64,000 nt of DNA from Rhodomicrobiaceae bacterium (GTDB lineage: Bacteria > Pseudomonadota > Alphaproteobacteria > Rhizobiales > Rhodomicrobiaceae), in contig JBHJOB010000025.1 in NCBI GenBank assembly GCA_050330195.1, forward strand, positions 649 through 64,648. The letters are read 5' to 3'. Below, one piece after another: positions 44,793 through 55,529 of this stretch (position 1 is its first letter; each line of letters starts with the position of its first letter). The notes under the pieces are model-generated. The model did no database searches. It saw only the letters and a program-made list of their open reading frames with translations, and was not told where the DNA came from. The translations under genes were made by a program, and so were the position numbers.

Positions 44793-45560
44793 TTACGAGT
44801 CGGCAGCGCCGACGCTGTCCATTGCTTGACCAGCCACGTAGCTCTCCAATCGCTTAAATGCGGTGGAAATGTGGCATCGGCGCAAATGGGCGGCTGCGTC
44901 CACGTCATCGCATCGCAGATAGCGGATTGTCTCGCCGATTTCGATGCTGAAAATGTCAGCCTCGCTGACGATCGCGGCTTCGGTCATCAGGGCGGGCCAC
45001 ATGCGCGCGGTCCGGTAAAACTGGAGTTCGAGCATCTCGCGGAGCGGCGCGTTGCCGACCAGCTTCATCAACACGCAGAAAAACGCGATGTTCATGCGCG
45101 AGAAGGCTTTTCTGGGTTCGTCGGCGTCGGAAATGGACCCGCACTGGCTCCGGATCGCCTCCATTTCCGCAAGAATGTCCGGCGTTACGGGATTGGGATC
45201 GAGAGTGCCGATCAGCGCGGCCAGTTCCTTGCGCAGCCGGTAAACCGCGCCCAGCTCATCCATGTCGATGCTGGTCACGAAAGTGCCGACGCCGTGGCGG
45301 CTTTCCAGCAGGCCCTCGACCTCAAGGCGTCCGAGCACTTTCCGCAAGGGCGTGCGGCTGACGCCGAATTCGTCGGCCAGATCGCCCTCCGACAGACGTT
45401 CGCCCGGCGCATAGTCAAGCAGCGCAATCCGCTCGCGAATCGCGCTGTAAATTGTCCAGAATCGTTCCTGAGCGGCGGAAAGTTCGCCTTCCACGGTCTC
45501 TGCGAGAGCGCCGTCACCCGGCCTGGAGTGCGCCGCTGAAATGTGGTCGAGCCCGCTCAT
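44793..45560 (-). CDS. GntR-family transcriptional regulator (FadR/FCD subfamily)
   Basis: wHTH YAPGERLSEGDLADEFGVSRTPLRKVLGRLEVEGLLESRHGVGTFV plus an all-helical C-terminal domain. Confidence 0.88.
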   Translation of the reverse strand: MSGLDHISAAHSRPGDGALAETVEGELSAAQERFWTIYSAIRERIALLDYAPGERLSEGDLADEFGVSRTPLRKVLGRLEVEGLLESRHGVGTFVTSIDMDELGAVYRLRKELAALIGTLDPNPVTPDILAEMEAIRSQCGSISDADEPRKAFSRMNIAFFCVLMKLVGNAPLREMLELQFYRTARMWPALMTEAAIVSEADIFSIEIGETIRYLRCDDVDAAAHLRRCHISTAFKRLESYVAGQAMDSVGAADS

Positions 45561-46009
45561 TTGTCGGATTTCCGAAAGTTCGTCGGCGATAATTCAAAGC
45601 CGGACGTTTCCATCATGGAAAAAATGCGCGCGGCCCCATGCGAAGGCAGGAACGGAACAATGAGTAAATCCTGAGCATTCGGCGCTCCACAAGCCCTTCA
45701 GCCTCGTTCCTATTGCAGAATGGTCTCACGTCCTGCAGGACCAGTCGAGCGTTGGCTTGAATAATCGGAGCAATACGGACGTTCCGACTGCAAACACTTG
45801 CTTTCCCCGCAGCCGGATATATTTCAATTCAGCCGCTTCCGTTTCATCGAACGCTTCCGAACACAGGACCAAACGCCCGTTATTCCTTCCCATCTCTGCT
45901 CAGGGGAGGATTGCAAATTTGGAACGCTGGAGCAACAGTTATATACAACTACGCGAAAATCCGTGACGTAAAGGCCGTTTTTATAGAGAATATCCTCGAA
46001 TACGTCGCT

Positions 46010-46021
46010 GTTGTGCACAAC
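46010..46021. promoter_or_regulatory. Perfect 12-bp palindrome GTTGTGCACAAC, candidate GntR-type operator
   Basis: Located 85 nt upstream of the M24 hydrolase start, in the 545-bp GntR/M24 divergent intergenic region. It fits the general GntR-family GT-N-AC palindrome style. Confidence 0.4.
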
Positions 46022-46105
46022 ATGACGCGGCACGTCCCTTGCATACAGAGATAATCGCAGCCTTGCCGGGCTTGCTCTGGCATTACATCCTGAGGGGATC
46101 ATGGC

Positions 46106-47284
46106 ATGAAACAGAACCGAGCGCGCTTTGAGACAGCCGAATATGAAGCTCGCCTTCTCAAGACACGCCAGGCCATGGAAAGCGCCGGGCTTGATGTGCT
46201 CATCGTGTCCGATCCCTCAAATATGGCTTGGCTGACCGGCTATAATGCGTGGTCGTTCTATGTCCATCAATGCGTGGTCATCTCGCTGAGTGGCGATCTG
46301 TTCTGGTTCGGCCGCGGCATCGATGCGTCCGGCGCACGGCTCACGACATTTCTCGGACCCGATCAGATCATCCCCTACCAGGACATTTACGTCCAATCGA
46401 CCGAGCTTCACCCCATGGACCGCCTTTCGGCCATTCTCCTCTCGAAGGACTGGGGACGGAGCATCATCGGCGTCGAGATGGACAATTACTATTTCTCCGC
46501 CGCCGCGATGAACTCGCTGCGCAACAATCTGGGCGAAGCGGGCTTTGCGGACGCGACCTATCTGGTCAACTGGCAGCGCGCGGTGAAATCCGAAACCGAA
46601 ATCAGATATATGCGCAACGCGGCCCGCGTCATCGAGAAGATCTACGAGCGCATCATGGAGATCGCCGAGCCGGGCATGCGCAAGAACGACCTCGTGGCGG
46701 AGATCTACCATTCCGGAATCAAGGGCACCGAGGAACATTATGGAGATTATCCGGCCATCGTTCCGCTGATCGGCAGCGGGGAAGAGGCGTCGGCCTGTCA
46801 CATGACGTGGGACGCCGGCATTCTCGAAAACGACAATGGCATGTTCCTCGAACTGGCCGGAACGCATAACCGCTATCATTGCCCCTGTTCGCGGACGCTC
46901 TATTTCGGCAAGCCGCCGGCCAAATATCTCGACGTCGAAAAGGTCATCCTTGAAGGGATCGAGAAGACGCTGGAGATGTTCAAGCCGGGCAATGTCTGCG
47001 GCGAGGTCGCACAGACCTTTTTCGACATACTGCACAGGCACGGCTATGAGAAGGACAATCGCTGCGGCTATTCGATCGGGCTCAGCTATCCGCCGGACTG
47101 GGGCGAGCGGACCATGAGCCTGCGGCTCAACGACCAGACGGAATTGCAGCCGGGCATGACATTCCATTTCATGCCGGGACTGTGGTTTGACGATTGGGGC
47201 TTTGAAATCACCGAGAGCATTCTGGTTACGGAAAATGGCGGTGAATGTCTCGCGAATGTGCCCCGGAAGCTTTTTGTCAAGTAA
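46106..47284 (+). CDS. M24-family metallohydrolase (creatinase / ectoine hydrolase DoeA-like)
   Basis: N-terminal creatinase-type domain (FETAEYEARLLKTRQAMESAGLDVLIVSDPSNMAWLTGYNAWSFYVHQ) and a C-terminal pita-bread fold. Confidence 0.8.
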   Translation: MKQNRARFETAEYEARLLKTRQAMESAGLDVLIVSDPSNMAWLTGYNAWSFYVHQCVVISLSGDLFWFGRGIDASGARLTTFLGPDQIIPYQDIYVQSTELHPMDRLSAILLSKDWGRSIIGVEMDNYYFSAAAMNSLRNNLGEAGFADATYLVNWQRAVKSETEIRYMRNAARVIEKIYERIMEIAEPGMRKNDLVAEIYHSGIKGTEEHYGDYPAIVPLIGSGEEASACHMTWDAGILENDNGMFLELAGTHNRYHCPCSRTLYFGKPPAKYLDVEKVILEGIEKTLEMFKPGNVCGEVAQTFFDILHRHGYEKDNRCGYSIGLSYPPDWGERTMSLRLNDQTELQPGMTFHFMPGLWFDDWGFEITESILVTENGGECLANVPRKLFVK

Positions 47285-47416
47285 GCGGGCGCGACTCCGA
47301 CGCGGAACAGGCCGCAGCGGAATCGCGAGACCATCCAGCGACAAGTGCAAAAATGGATTGCCGCTTCTTCGCAACGACGAGGAACCTCGCGCTCCGGCCT
47401 CGTTGTTTCCGCCACG

Positions 47417-47444
47417 AAAAAAGCCGCCAGTCGGGACCGGCAGC
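47417..47444 (-). terminator. Rho-independent terminator after pnp
   Basis: Minus strand: GCTGCCGG-tcccga-CTGGCGGC followed by TTTTTTCG. Confidence 0.7.
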
Positions 47445-47478
47445 TTGATGTTCTCATCGCGGCGGCGTCAGTCGCAGC

Positions 47479-49611
47479 TTAATTCGCAGCCGCTTCCGCG
47501 TCTTCCTGGGCAACTTCCTTGCCTGTCGTCTGATCGACAATCTTCATCGACAGGCGGACCTTGCCGCGATCGTCGAAGCCAAGCAGCTTGACGTAAACGT
47601 CCTGGCCTTCCTTGAGCACGTCCTTCACATTCTTCACGCGCTCCGCCGAAATCTGCGACACATGGACGAGCCCGTCGCGCGAACCGAAGAAGTTCACGAA
47701 TGCGCCGAAATCTACAATCTTGACGACCTTGCCCTTGTAGATTTCGCCGATTTCGGGGTCCATTGCGATCATGCGGATCCGGTCGAGAGCCGCTTCGATC
47801 GCCTTGGCGTTGGTGGCCGCCACCTTCACGGTTCCATCGTCATTGATGTCGATCTTGGCGCCGGTTTCCTCGACGATGCCGCGGATCACCGACCCGCCCG
47901 AACCGATCACTTCACGGATCTTGTCGGTCGGGATCGTGATCGTCTCGATGCGCGGGGCGTGTTCGCCAACGGACGAGCGCGCCGTATTGAGGGCCTTGGA
48001 CATTTCGTCAAGAATATGCAGCCGGCCGCCGCGCGCCTGATCCAGCGCGATCTTCATGATCTCGGAGGTAATGCCGGTGATCTTGATGTCCATCTGCAAG
48101 GAGGTCACGCCTTCCGACGTTCCCGCGACCTTGAAGTCCATGTCGCCGAGATGGTCCTCGTCGCCAAGAATGTCGGACAGAACGGCGTATCCATCCTCTT
48201 CCTTGATCAGGCCCATGGCGATGCCGGCGACAGGACGCTTGAGCGGAACGCCCGCATCCATCAGCGCCAGCGAGGTTCCGCAAACGGTCGCCATCGAGGA
48301 CGAGCCGTTGGACTCCGTGATCTCCGAAACGACGCGCAGCGTGTAGGGGAATGTCTCATTGTCCGGCAGAATCGGATGAACCGCCCGCCAGGCAAGCTTG
48401 CCATGGCCGATTTCGCGCCGCCCCGGCGTTCCGATGCGGCCCGTCTCGCCGACGGAGAATGGCGGGAAGTTGTAATGCAGCAGGAAGTTTTCCTTGTAGC
48501 TTCCCTCCAGCGCATCCATCCACTGCTCATCCTCGCCGGTGCCGAGCGTTGCAACGCAAAGCGCCTGCGTCTCGCCGCGCGTGAACAGCGCCGAACCGTG
48601 CGTGCGCGGAAGAATGCCGACCTCGCAGGCAATCTGTCGGACCGTCGTCAGGTCGCGGCCGTCGATGCGCTTGCTGGTCTTCAGGATAGAGCCGCGAACC
48701 ACATTCTTTTCGAGCGATTTGAAAGCGCCCGCGACATTGGCCGCAACGGATGGATCGGCGTCTTCGGGAACGAGAGCGGCAATAACCTTTTCCTTGGCCT
48801 CGCGAACCTTTTCCTGACGCTCGGCCTTCCCGACGATCTTGTAGGCTTCCTCCACGTCCTTCTCGGCAAGGTTCCGGACCTGCGCATCAAGGTCGCTGGT
48901 GTCCTTTTCCTCAATATCCCAAGGTTCCTTGGCGGCATGTTCGGCCAGATTGATGATCGCATCGACGACTGGCTGGAAACCTTGATGACCGAAATTCACG
49001 GCGCCGAGCATGATCTCTTCCGAAAGCTCCTTGGCCTCGGATTCGACCATGAGCACGGCATCGCCCGTACCGGCGACGACGAGTTCAAGATCGCTTTCCT
49101 TGATCTGGTCGATCGTCGGGTTGAGCACATATTCGCCGTTGATATAGCCAACCTTCGCGGCGCCGACCGGTCCCATGAACGGCACGCCGGACAGGGTCAA
49201 CGCCGCAGACGCGCCGATCAGGCCGACGATATCGGGGTCGTTCTCCATGTCGTGCGACAGGACGTTGATGATGACCTGGACTTCGTTCTTGAAGCCGGGA
49301 ACGAAAAGCGGACGGATCGGCCGGTCGATCAGGCGGCAAACCAGGGTCTCTTTCTCGCTGGGCCGGCCTTCACGTTTGAAAAAGCCGCCCGGAATCTTGC
49401 CGGCGGCGTAGGTCTTTTCCTGGTAATTCACGGTCAGGGGGAAGAAATCCTGTCCCGGGCGCGCTTCTCTTTGAGCGACCACTGTCGCCAATACGGAGGT
49501 TTCGCCATATTGCACGAGAACCGCACCCGTCGCTTGACGGGCCATATGGCCGGTTTCGATGATGAGCGGACGGCCGCCCCATGTAATTTCTTCGCGATGT
49601 ATTTCAAACAT
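47479..49611 (-). CDS. pnp: Polyribonucleotide nucleotidyltransferase (PNPase)
   Basis: Track ORF 47479..49632. Start at [16 protein letters not shown]. Two RNase PH domains, then KH and S1 ([29 protein letters not shown]). Confidence 0.95.
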   Translation of the reverse strand: MFEIHREEITWGGRPLIIETGHMARQATGAVLVQYGETSVLATVVAQREARPGQDFFPLTVNYQEKTYAAGKIPGGFFKREGRPSEKETLVCRLIDRPIRPLFVPGFKNEVQVIINVLSHDMENDPDIVGLIGASAALTLSGVPFMGPVGAAKVGYINGEYVLNPTIDQIKESDLELVVAGTGDAVLMVESEAKELSEEIMLGAVNFGHQGFQPVVDAIINLAEHAAKEPWDIEEKDTSDLDAQVRNLAEKDVEEAYKIVGKAERQEKVREAKEKVIAALVPEDADPSVAANVAGAFKSLEKNVVRGSILKTSKRIDGRDLTTVRQIACEVGILPRTHGSALFTRGETQALCVATLGTGEDEQWMDALEGSYKENFLLHYNFPPFSVGETGRIGTPGRREIGHGKLAWRAVHPILPDNETFPYTLRVVSEITESNGSSSMATVCGTSLALMDAGVPLKRPVAGIAMGLIKEEDGYAVLSDILGDEDHLGDMDFKVAGTSEGVTSLQMDIKITGITSEIMKIALDQARGGRLHILDEMSKALNTARSSVGEHAPRIETITIPTDKIREVIGSGGSVIRGIVEETGAKIDINDDGTVKVAATNAKAIEAALDRIRMIAMDPEIGEIYKGKVVKIVDFGAFVNFFGSRDGLVHVSQISAERVKNVKDVLKEGQDVYVKLLGFDDRGKVRLSMKIVDQTTGKEVAQEDAEAAAN

Positions 49612-49775
49612 TCGTATATTTCCGATATTCATATCGAACGCAGGATTGCGCCCGTTCTTACATTCATTTGCTTGTCATGCACGGATAGCTTTAGCCGAAA
49701 ATTCGGCATTAGAATAGTGTTGACTGTTGCCGAAAGCATGTTGTGCGGGATTACCCGCAAAAATCGTGCTCTTAC

Positions 49776-49807
49776 CTAGAGCGAGATCCGAAATAATGAT
49801 CCTGATC
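49776..49807 (-). repeat. Internally deleted copy of the 102-bp repeat (both termini joined), in the pnp leader
   Basis: The reverse complement GATCAGGATCATTATTTCGGATCTCGCTCTAG equals the left terminus (GATCAGGATCATT) fused to the right terminus (ATCGGATCTCGCTCTAG). Confidence 0.65.
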
Positions 49808-49830
49808 TGGAGCAGGCTGGCGTCATGAAA

Positions 49831-49857
49831 CAACACAAAAACTCCGGCTGACCGGAG
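49831..49857 (-). terminator. Rho-independent terminator after rpsO (rpsO-pnp intergenic)
   Basis: Minus strand: CTCCGG-tcag-CCGGAG followed by TTTTTGTGTTG. An alternative CGGCTG/CAGCCG pairing overlaps it. Confidence 0.7.
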
Positions 49858-49896
49858 CCAGCCGAATTTTGTAATCATGGATGCTAGACCGGAAAC

Positions 49897-50166
49897 TTAC
49901 CGGCGGATGCCAAGGCGCTCGATCAGGCTCCGATAGCGCGCATTGTCCTTCGACTTGACATAGTCGAGCAGGCGGCGGCGCTGGCTGACCATCTTCAGAA
50001 GGCCGCGGCGCGAATGGTTGTCTTTCTTGTGGCTCTTGAAATGCTCGGTGAGATTGACGATGCGTTCCGTCAGAATCGCCACCTGAATCTCCGGCGACCC
50101 GGTGTCGCCCTCTTTCGATCCGAAATCGCTGATGAGCGCCTGTTTGCGCTCCGCAGTTATCGACAT
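49897..50166 (-). CDS. rpsO: 30S ribosomal protein S15
   Basis: [36 protein letters not shown]...[24 protein letters not shown]. Confidence 0.96.
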   Translation of the reverse strand: MSITAERKQALISDFGSKEGDTGSPEIQVAILTERIVNLTEHFKSHKKDNHSRRGLLKMVSQRRRLLDYVKSKDNARYRSLIERLGIRR

Positions 50167-50196
50167 CGTGTTCTCCTTAAGATTTGCCGATCGCCG

Positions 50197-51120
50197 TCAC
50201 AATGGGAGATTGAAAACCCGTGACGGTCGTAATTCGCCTTGAGAAACCTCGCCGAGCGCCACAAGCGTGCCGCCCGAGGTTGCGTACATAAGACCCTGAT
50301 GGATTGGAGCGTCACGTCCGCGAAGGATGATCGCCTTGCCTCGCCTCAGTCTCGCCGCGTCAGGCCCGCTGACGGCCAACGCCGGGATGCCGTCCAGCGC
50401 GGTCTCAACAGGCTGAAGCGCTCCGAGGAGCGTTTCGCGGCCGGCGTCACTATTGCTCATTTCACCGAGGCTTTCCAGCGAAATTGCATGGCTTTCCATG
50501 AACGGACCGACCCGCGTGCGCCGCAGCTCGCTGACATGGCCGTAGCAGCCCAGCTTGCGGCCCAGGTCGCGCGCAATGGCGCGGACATAGGTGCCCTTGC
50601 CGCATTCAGCTTCGAAAATGCAGCTGTCCGGCGAAGGGACCTCCGCAATATGAAGACTGTGGATTTCGACGGGACGGGCCTCGATTTCGAAGGTCTCGCC
50701 ATCGCGTGCAAGGTCGTAGGCGCGCTCGCCCTGGATCTTGATCGCCGAGAAACGGGGCGGAACCTGCATGACGGCGCCGCGAAATTCGGACATGGCGGCT
50801 TCGATGGCCTCACACGTCGGACGTTCCGCGCTTTCCGCGACTGGATCGCCCTCGGCGTCGTCCGTGTTCGTCTCGATGCCCCAGCGCACGGTGAAACGGT
50901 ATTCCTTGGCGCCGTCGACCGCGTGAGGGATCGTCTTGGTCGCCTCGCCGAACGCAATCGGCAAGATCCCGGTCGCGAGCGGATCGAGCGTTCCGGCATG
51001 GCCGGCCTTGGCCGCATCGAAAAGGCGTTTGACCTTGTTCAGCGCGTGGGTCGAGGTGATGAATTGCGGCTTGTCGAGAACGAGCCATCCATTGACGGTC
51101 GAGCCTTTGCGGCGGGCCAT
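50197..51120 (-). CDS. truB: tRNA pseudouridine(55) synthase
   Basis: GHAGTLDPLATGILPIAFGEATK catalytic Asp motif. Position between rbfA and rpsO. Confidence 0.93.
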   Translation of the reverse strand: MARRKGSTVNGWLVLDKPQFITSTHALNKVKRLFDAAKAGHAGTLDPLATGILPIAFGEATKTIPHAVDGAKEYRFTVRWGIETNTDDAEGDPVAESAERPTCEAIEAAMSEFRGAVMQVPPRFSAIKIQGERAYDLARDGETFEIEARPVEIHSLHIAEVPSPDSCIFEAECGKGTYVRAIARDLGRKLGCYGHVSELRRTRVGPFMESHAISLESLGEMSNSDAGRETLLGALQPVETALDGIPALAVSGPDAARLRRGKAIILRGRDAPIHQGLMYATSGGTLVALGEVSQGELRPSRVFNLPL

Positions 51121-51143
51121 GTCAAACTCCGGGGAAGAAGAGG

Positions 51144-51530
51144 TTAGTCGAGATCGCGCCGGACTTCGGGTGAACGCAGGATGGCTTCGATCCGCTCCGC
51201 CTCATCGAAACTTTCGTCGATCTCGAAAGACAAGCTCGGCATGTATTTCAGATCGACACGCTTGGCAAGCTCGCCGCGCAGGAATTTCCGGTGACGCTCC
51301 AGCGCGTCCTTCAGTTTTTTCGGATTGTCCTTGGTGAAGGGGACCGTGTAGATCGTCGCATTGCGCAGATCCGGGCTGACGCGAACCTCCGTCACCGTCA
51401 GGTCATGGCCGTCGAAATCGGGATCGACGATGTCGGATCGCATCATGATTTCCGCAAAGGCGTGGCGAATCATCTCGCCAACCCGCAATTGCCGTTGCGA
51501 CGGTCCCCGGGAGTTGCGTTGTTTGCTCAT
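51144..51530 (-). CDS. rbfA: Ribosome-binding factor A
   Basis: SQRQLRVGEMIRHAFAEIMMR...VTEVRVSPDLRNATIY. Confidence 0.92.
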   Translation of the reverse strand: MSKQRNSRGPSQRQLRVGEMIRHAFAEIMMRSDIVDPDFDGHDLTVTEVRVSPDLRNATIYTVPFTKDNPKKLKDALERHRKFLRGELAKRVDLKYMPSLSFEIDESFDEAERIEAILRSPEVRRDLD

Positions 51531-51599
51531 TCTGGCCCCCTTATCTGATGAGAGCGCCGCCCGCTCTTGTGGCGGCCGGCTGCTGTGGGGATTGGAGGA

Positions 51600-51995
51600 T
51601 CAGCTCAGGACACCCTGACGCGCTGCATAGGTCGAAAAGGCAAAGACCGCTGTGCTGACCATTGCGGCGCTCCAGATTTTACGTCCGCGCTCATCGCCGC
51701 CGCCCAGCTGCGCCTTGCCGCTGAGCCAGATCAGACCGTAAAAGCAGCCCTGCGCAAGCAGGCCGCAGCCAAGCAACCAGACGGCGGCGTGGCTTTTCAC
51801 GAGCAGCGCGATGCCCGCCGCGCCATAGAGGCATATGGAGAGCAGCGTGAATCCGAGCCATATGCGTTCATGGAAAGCGGGAGCCGCCACTTGCCGGTTT
51901 CCGCGTTTGGCCGACCATGCAGACCGAAGAGTCAACAGCGCCAGCAATGCGGCCGCCGAGTAAAACAGCCCCAAGCTCTGAGCGATCCAACTCAT
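51600..51995 (-). CDS. Hypothetical membrane protein (4 TM-like segments)
   Basis: Track ORF 51600..52076. Start moved to MSWIAQSLGLFYSAAALLALL so that it does not overlap the infB end. Hydrophobic helices throughout. Confidence 0.5.
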   Translation of the reverse strand: MSWIAQSLGLFYSAAALLALLTLRSAWSAKRGNRQVAAPAFHERIWLGFTLLSICLYGAAGIALLVKSHAAVWLLGCGLLAQGCFYGLIWLSGKAQLGGGDERGRKIWSAAMVSTAVFAFSTYAARQGVLS

Positions 51996-52083
51996 CGGTC
52001 TGGTTGCCTCCCGGCACATGCAATTCAGGCGACGCACAGGGAGGCGCAAAGCCCACGGCACGTCGCCTGAAATCATGTCTGAA

Positions 52084-54780
52084 TCACAGCGTCCGCTTCA
52101 CCTCTTCGACGCGGAAGCACTCGATGATGTCGCCCTGCTTGAGGTCGTGGTAGTTCTCGAAGCCCATGCCGCATTCCTGACCGGCCTGAACCTCCTTCAC
52201 CTCGTCCTTGAAGCGCTTGAGCGTGCCCAGCTTGCCTTCGTGGATCACGACGTTGTCGCGGATCAGGCGGACATGCGCGCCGCGCTCCACCTTGCCCTCG
52301 GTCACGCGGCAACCGGCAACCTTGCCGACCTTGGTGATGTTGAACACTTCGAGGATTTCCGCGTTGCCGAGGAACGTCTCGCGCAGCGTCGGATCGAGAA
52401 GGCCGGACATGGCCGCTTTGATATCGTCCACGAGATCGTAGATGATATTGTAATAGCGGATCTCGACATCGGAACGGTCCGCCAACTCCTTGGCCTGCGC
52501 GTTGGCGCGGACATTGAAGCCGAAGACCGCCGCGTTCGAAGCGCCTGCCAGCGAGATGTCGGATTCGGTGATGCCGCCGACACCCGTATGGACAAGCCTT
52601 GCGGCGACTTCGTCGGTCCCCAATCCATGAAGAGCCGCCGCGATCGCCTCGACCGAGCCCTGCACGTCGCCCTTGATGATCAGCGGGAACTCTTTCTTGC
52701 CCGCTTCACTGAGCTGACTCATCATCTGCTCAAGCGAGGAGCGCCGTCCCGCGCCGACAGACTTGAGATCGCGCAGCTTGCGCTGGCGATAGGCCGTCAG
52801 TTCACGGGCGCGAGCGTCATTCTCGACGACAGCCAACTGATCGCCGGCTTCCGGCGCGCTGTCGAAACCGAGAATTTCAACCGGCACCGACGGCCCGGCG
52901 GAAACGATGTGATCGCCCTTGTCGTTGATCAGCGCGCGAACACGGCCCCAGGCACGGCCTGCGACGACAATGTCGCCGACCTTCAGCGTGCCGCGCTGGA
53001 TGAGCACGGTGCCGACCGGTCCACGGCCGCGTTCCAGCTTGGCTTCGATGACGACGCCTTCGGCCGGACGATTCGGATTGGCCCGGAGTTCGAGAACTTC
53101 GGCCTGCAATGCGATCATCTCCAGCAGCTTGTCGAGATTGGTGCCTTCCTTGGCCGAAACCTCAATTTCAAGCGTATCGCCGCCCATGCTTTCGACGACG
53201 ATCTCATGCTGAAGCAGCTCGGTTCGCACACGCTGGGGTTCGGCGTCCGGCTTGTCGATCTTGTTGATCGCAAGAATGATCGGAACTTCCGCCGCCTTGG
53301 CGTGATTGATCGCCTCGACCGTCTGGGGCATCACGCCGTCATCGGCCGCGACCACGAGAATGACGATATCCGTCACCTTCGCGCCGCGCGAACGCATCGC
53401 CGTAAAGGCGGCGTGGCCCGGCGTGTCGATGAAGCTGATCGTGGCGCCGTCTTCGGTCATTACCTGATAGGCGCCGATATGCTGGGTTATGCCTCCCGCT
53501 TCACCGGCCACGACATTTGCCTTGCGAAGCGAATCGAGCAGCGAGGTCTTGCCGTGGTCCACATGGCCCATGATGGTCACGACAGGAGCGCGAGGCTGGA
53601 GATCGCCGGTATCGTCCTTCGTTCCGATGAAGCCTTCCTCGACATCGGCCTCCGAGACGCGCTTCATCGTATGACCGAACTCGTCGATGATCAGCTCGGC
53701 CATATCGGCGTCGATCACGTCATTGATCTTGTGCATCTGGCCTTGCTTCATGAGGAATTTGATGATGTCGACGGCGCGTTCCGCCATGCGGTTGCCGAGT
53801 TCCTGAATCGTGATGGCCTCGGGAACCTGCACTTCGCGAACGATCTTCTTGCGCGGCTCGGCTTGCCCCATCGCCTGCTTCTTGAGCCGCTCTCTCTGTC
53901 GGCGCAACGAGGCAAGGGAGCGCTCGCGCTGATTGTCGTCGAATGCGTTCGTGATGGTAAGCTTCTGGCGGCCGCGCCGATCGTCTTCAACCCGTTTGAC
54001 CGGAGGCGTGCGCTCGACCTTGCCGCCCTTCTTGGCGGCAGCGCCGGTGCGGCCCCGGCCAGGCGAATCATCATCGCGGGCAGCGGGCCCCTCATCGCCG
54101 CGCGTTTCGCGCAGCGGTCTGCGAGCCGTGTCTGCGGCCTTCTTGGCGGTTTCAGCTTCACTTTCAGCCGTCTTGGCCCCGCGCGCCGTCGTTGCCGCAG
54201 GCTTGGCCTTGCCACGCGCAGCGGCAGGCTTTGCTTCCGCGGCGGGCTCGGCCCTGGCAGCGGCTGGTTCTTCTTCCGTCACGGCAGGCTGTTCGGCAGC
54301 TTTCTTTGCGTCTTCCGCCGCCTGTTTCCTGGCCTCCTCGGCAAGACGCTTTTCTTCTTCGGCGTGCTGACGCTCCTGCTCCACGCGTTCGCGGCGTTCG
54401 ATTTCCTCACGCTTGCGGGATTCGACCAGAGCGCGGGCGCGGGCATCGACTTCGTCGGAGGAAAGCTCGCGCAGAACAGTTCGTGACTGCGGCTTGTCAG
54501 ACGGGCGTCCATCGGATCTGCGTCCGCGCACATCACGCGGCGGTTTCGCCGCAGGCGCGCGCGGCGCAGCAGGCTTGGTCTCCTGAGGGACGGCCGCGAC
54601 GGCTTCCTGCATCGTCAGGGGACGCTTGCTGCGCTTTTTCTCGACCACCACCGATTTCGAACGGCCATGACTGAAGTTCTGACGCACAACGCCAGACTCG
54701 ACCGTCCGTTTGACGTTCAAGCTCATGGTCTTGCGTCCGGTATTGGCGGATTTTTCTTCGGGATCTTTCGTTTCGCTCAT
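52084..54780 (-). CDS. infB: Translation initiation factor IF-2
   Basis: G domain [25 protein letters not shown]. Charged Ala/Lys/Glu-rich N-terminal region. ATGA overlap with the ylxR-like stop. Confidence 0.96.
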   Translation of the reverse strand: MSETKDPEEKSANTGRKTMSLNVKRTVESGVVRQNFSHGRSKSVVVEKKRSKRPLTMQEAVAAVPQETKPAAPRAPAAKPPRDVRGRRSDGRPSDKPQSRTVLRELSSDEVDARARALVESRKREEIERRERVEQERQHAEEEKRLAEEARKQAAEDAKKAAEQPAVTEEEPAAARAEPAAEAKPAAARGKAKPAATTARGAKTAESEAETAKKAADTARRPLRETRGDEGPAARDDDSPGRGRTGAAAKKGGKVERTPPVKRVEDDRRGRQKLTITNAFDDNQRERSLASLRRQRERLKKQAMGQAEPRKKIVREVQVPEAITIQELGNRMAERAVDIIKFLMKQGQMHKINDVIDADMAELIIDEFGHTMKRVSEADVEEGFIGTKDDTGDLQPRAPVVTIMGHVDHGKTSLLDSLRKANVVAGEAGGITQHIGAYQVMTEDGATISFIDTPGHAAFTAMRSRGAKVTDIVILVVAADDGVMPQTVEAINHAKAAEVPIILAINKIDKPDAEPQRVRTELLQHEIVVESMGGDTLEIEVSAKEGTNLDKLLEMIALQAEVLELRANPNRPAEGVVIEAKLERGRGPVGTVLIQRGTLKVGDIVVAGRAWGRVRALINDKGDHIVSAGPSVPVEILGFDSAPEAGDQLAVVENDARARELTAYRQRKLRDLKSVGAGRRSSLEQMMSQLSEAGKKEFPLIIKGDVQGSVEAIAAALHGLGTDEVAARLVHTGVGGITESDISLAGASNAAVFGFNVRANAQAKELADRSDVEIRYYNIIYDLVDDIKAAMSGLLDPTLRETFLGNAEILEVFNITKVGKVAGCRVTEGKVERGAHVRLIRDNVVIHEGKLGTLKRFKDEVKEVQAGQECGMGFENYHDLKQGDIIECFRVEEVKRTL

Positions 54781-55514
54781 GCCTTGTCCTGTTCCGGCGT
54801 ATCCACAATGGGCCCTGTCGCCGGATGTGGTCCCATATAAACACTATAACGTCTGGCCGACCGAATGAATGTCTGGCCGGTGCCCCCATCCGCAACAGCG
54901 GCATGGTTAACATTCGATTTTCCCAGCGCCGCGCTCAGTTCGGCGGAGCCAAAACATGTAACCGGATCGAATTCCCGCGCCTGAGGCGGCAACAATGCGT
55001 GCGCCAGGCGATCCAGCTTGCGGCATCCATCGAAGGATGCGTCTGATGCGTGAACGAGAATGCGCGTATTCCCGCTTTTTATCGCTTTTTCGACCTTCGC
55101 GAAACCGGCCACGATATTGCCGGCCTTGTTCGCAAGAGCCAGATCCTGCATGGCCGCGCGGCGCAGCAGGCTTGCCACAAGATCGGCTAAATCCGCGTCG
55201 GCCGCAACAGCTTGTTTGAATCCGCGAGAAAAAGCCTGGCGGCGAACGGCTTCGGCAACAGCCTCCCGGTTCGCCATGATCCAAACGCCGCGTCCCGGCA
55301 GCTTCCGTTTTATATCTGGCACAACCCGCCCGTCGGGGTCCAGAACGAAGCGCAAAAGCTCCTCCTCCCGGACACGCGAGCGAGTAAGAGCGCACTGCCG
55401 AACCGGTATTCTCTTCTCTTTACCCTCTTCACAAACAGAATTCACGAACGCAATTGGCCTCAATAACAAAGTCTGTGCAAAGCTGTTTCCCTGACGACAC
55501 AGCCAAGGCTGCAA
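54777..55514 (-). CDS. YlxR/DUF448-family RNA-binding protein fused to an L7Ae-like domain
   Basis: [42 protein letters not shown] is the YlxR core. Located between nusA and infB. The start is uncertain (TTG 55514 per the track; no ATG in the N-terminal region). Confidence 0.75.
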   Translation of the reverse strand: MQPWLCRQGNSFAQTLLLRPIAFVNSVCEEGKEKRIPVRQCALTRSRVREEELLRFVLDPDGRVVPDIKRKLPGRGVWIMANREAVAEAVRRQAFSRGFKQAVAADADLADLVASLLRRAAMQDLALANKAGNIVAGFAKVEKAIKSGNTRILVHASDASFDGCRKLDRLAHALLPPQAREFDPVTCFGSAELSAALGKSNVNHAAVADGGTGQTFIRSARRYSVYMGPHPATGPIVDTPEQDKA

Positions 55515-55529
55515 ATCGAAGTGCTAATC

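Noticed and set aside
45920-45934. A sigma-54-like promoter TGGAACGCTGGAGCA upstream of the M24 hydrolase.
   Set aside because: The GG-to-GC spacing is one nucleotide short of the -24/-12 consensus, and the flanking bases do not match TGGCAC-N5-TTGCW.
52018-54486. An 822-aa ORF on the plus strand. Similar long ORFs include 47662-49779, 1364-3067, 39944-41551, 41757-43070, 15341-16882, 10180-11295, 36164-37183, 37374-39167 and 25005-26156.
   Set aside because: Each lies antisense to, or out of frame with, a gene carrying unmistakable family motifs (infB, pnp, the decarboxylase, glpD, glpK, and so on). The translations are Arg/Ala/Gly/Pro-rich with no recognisable motifs. These are the classic shadow ORFs of high-GC DNA.
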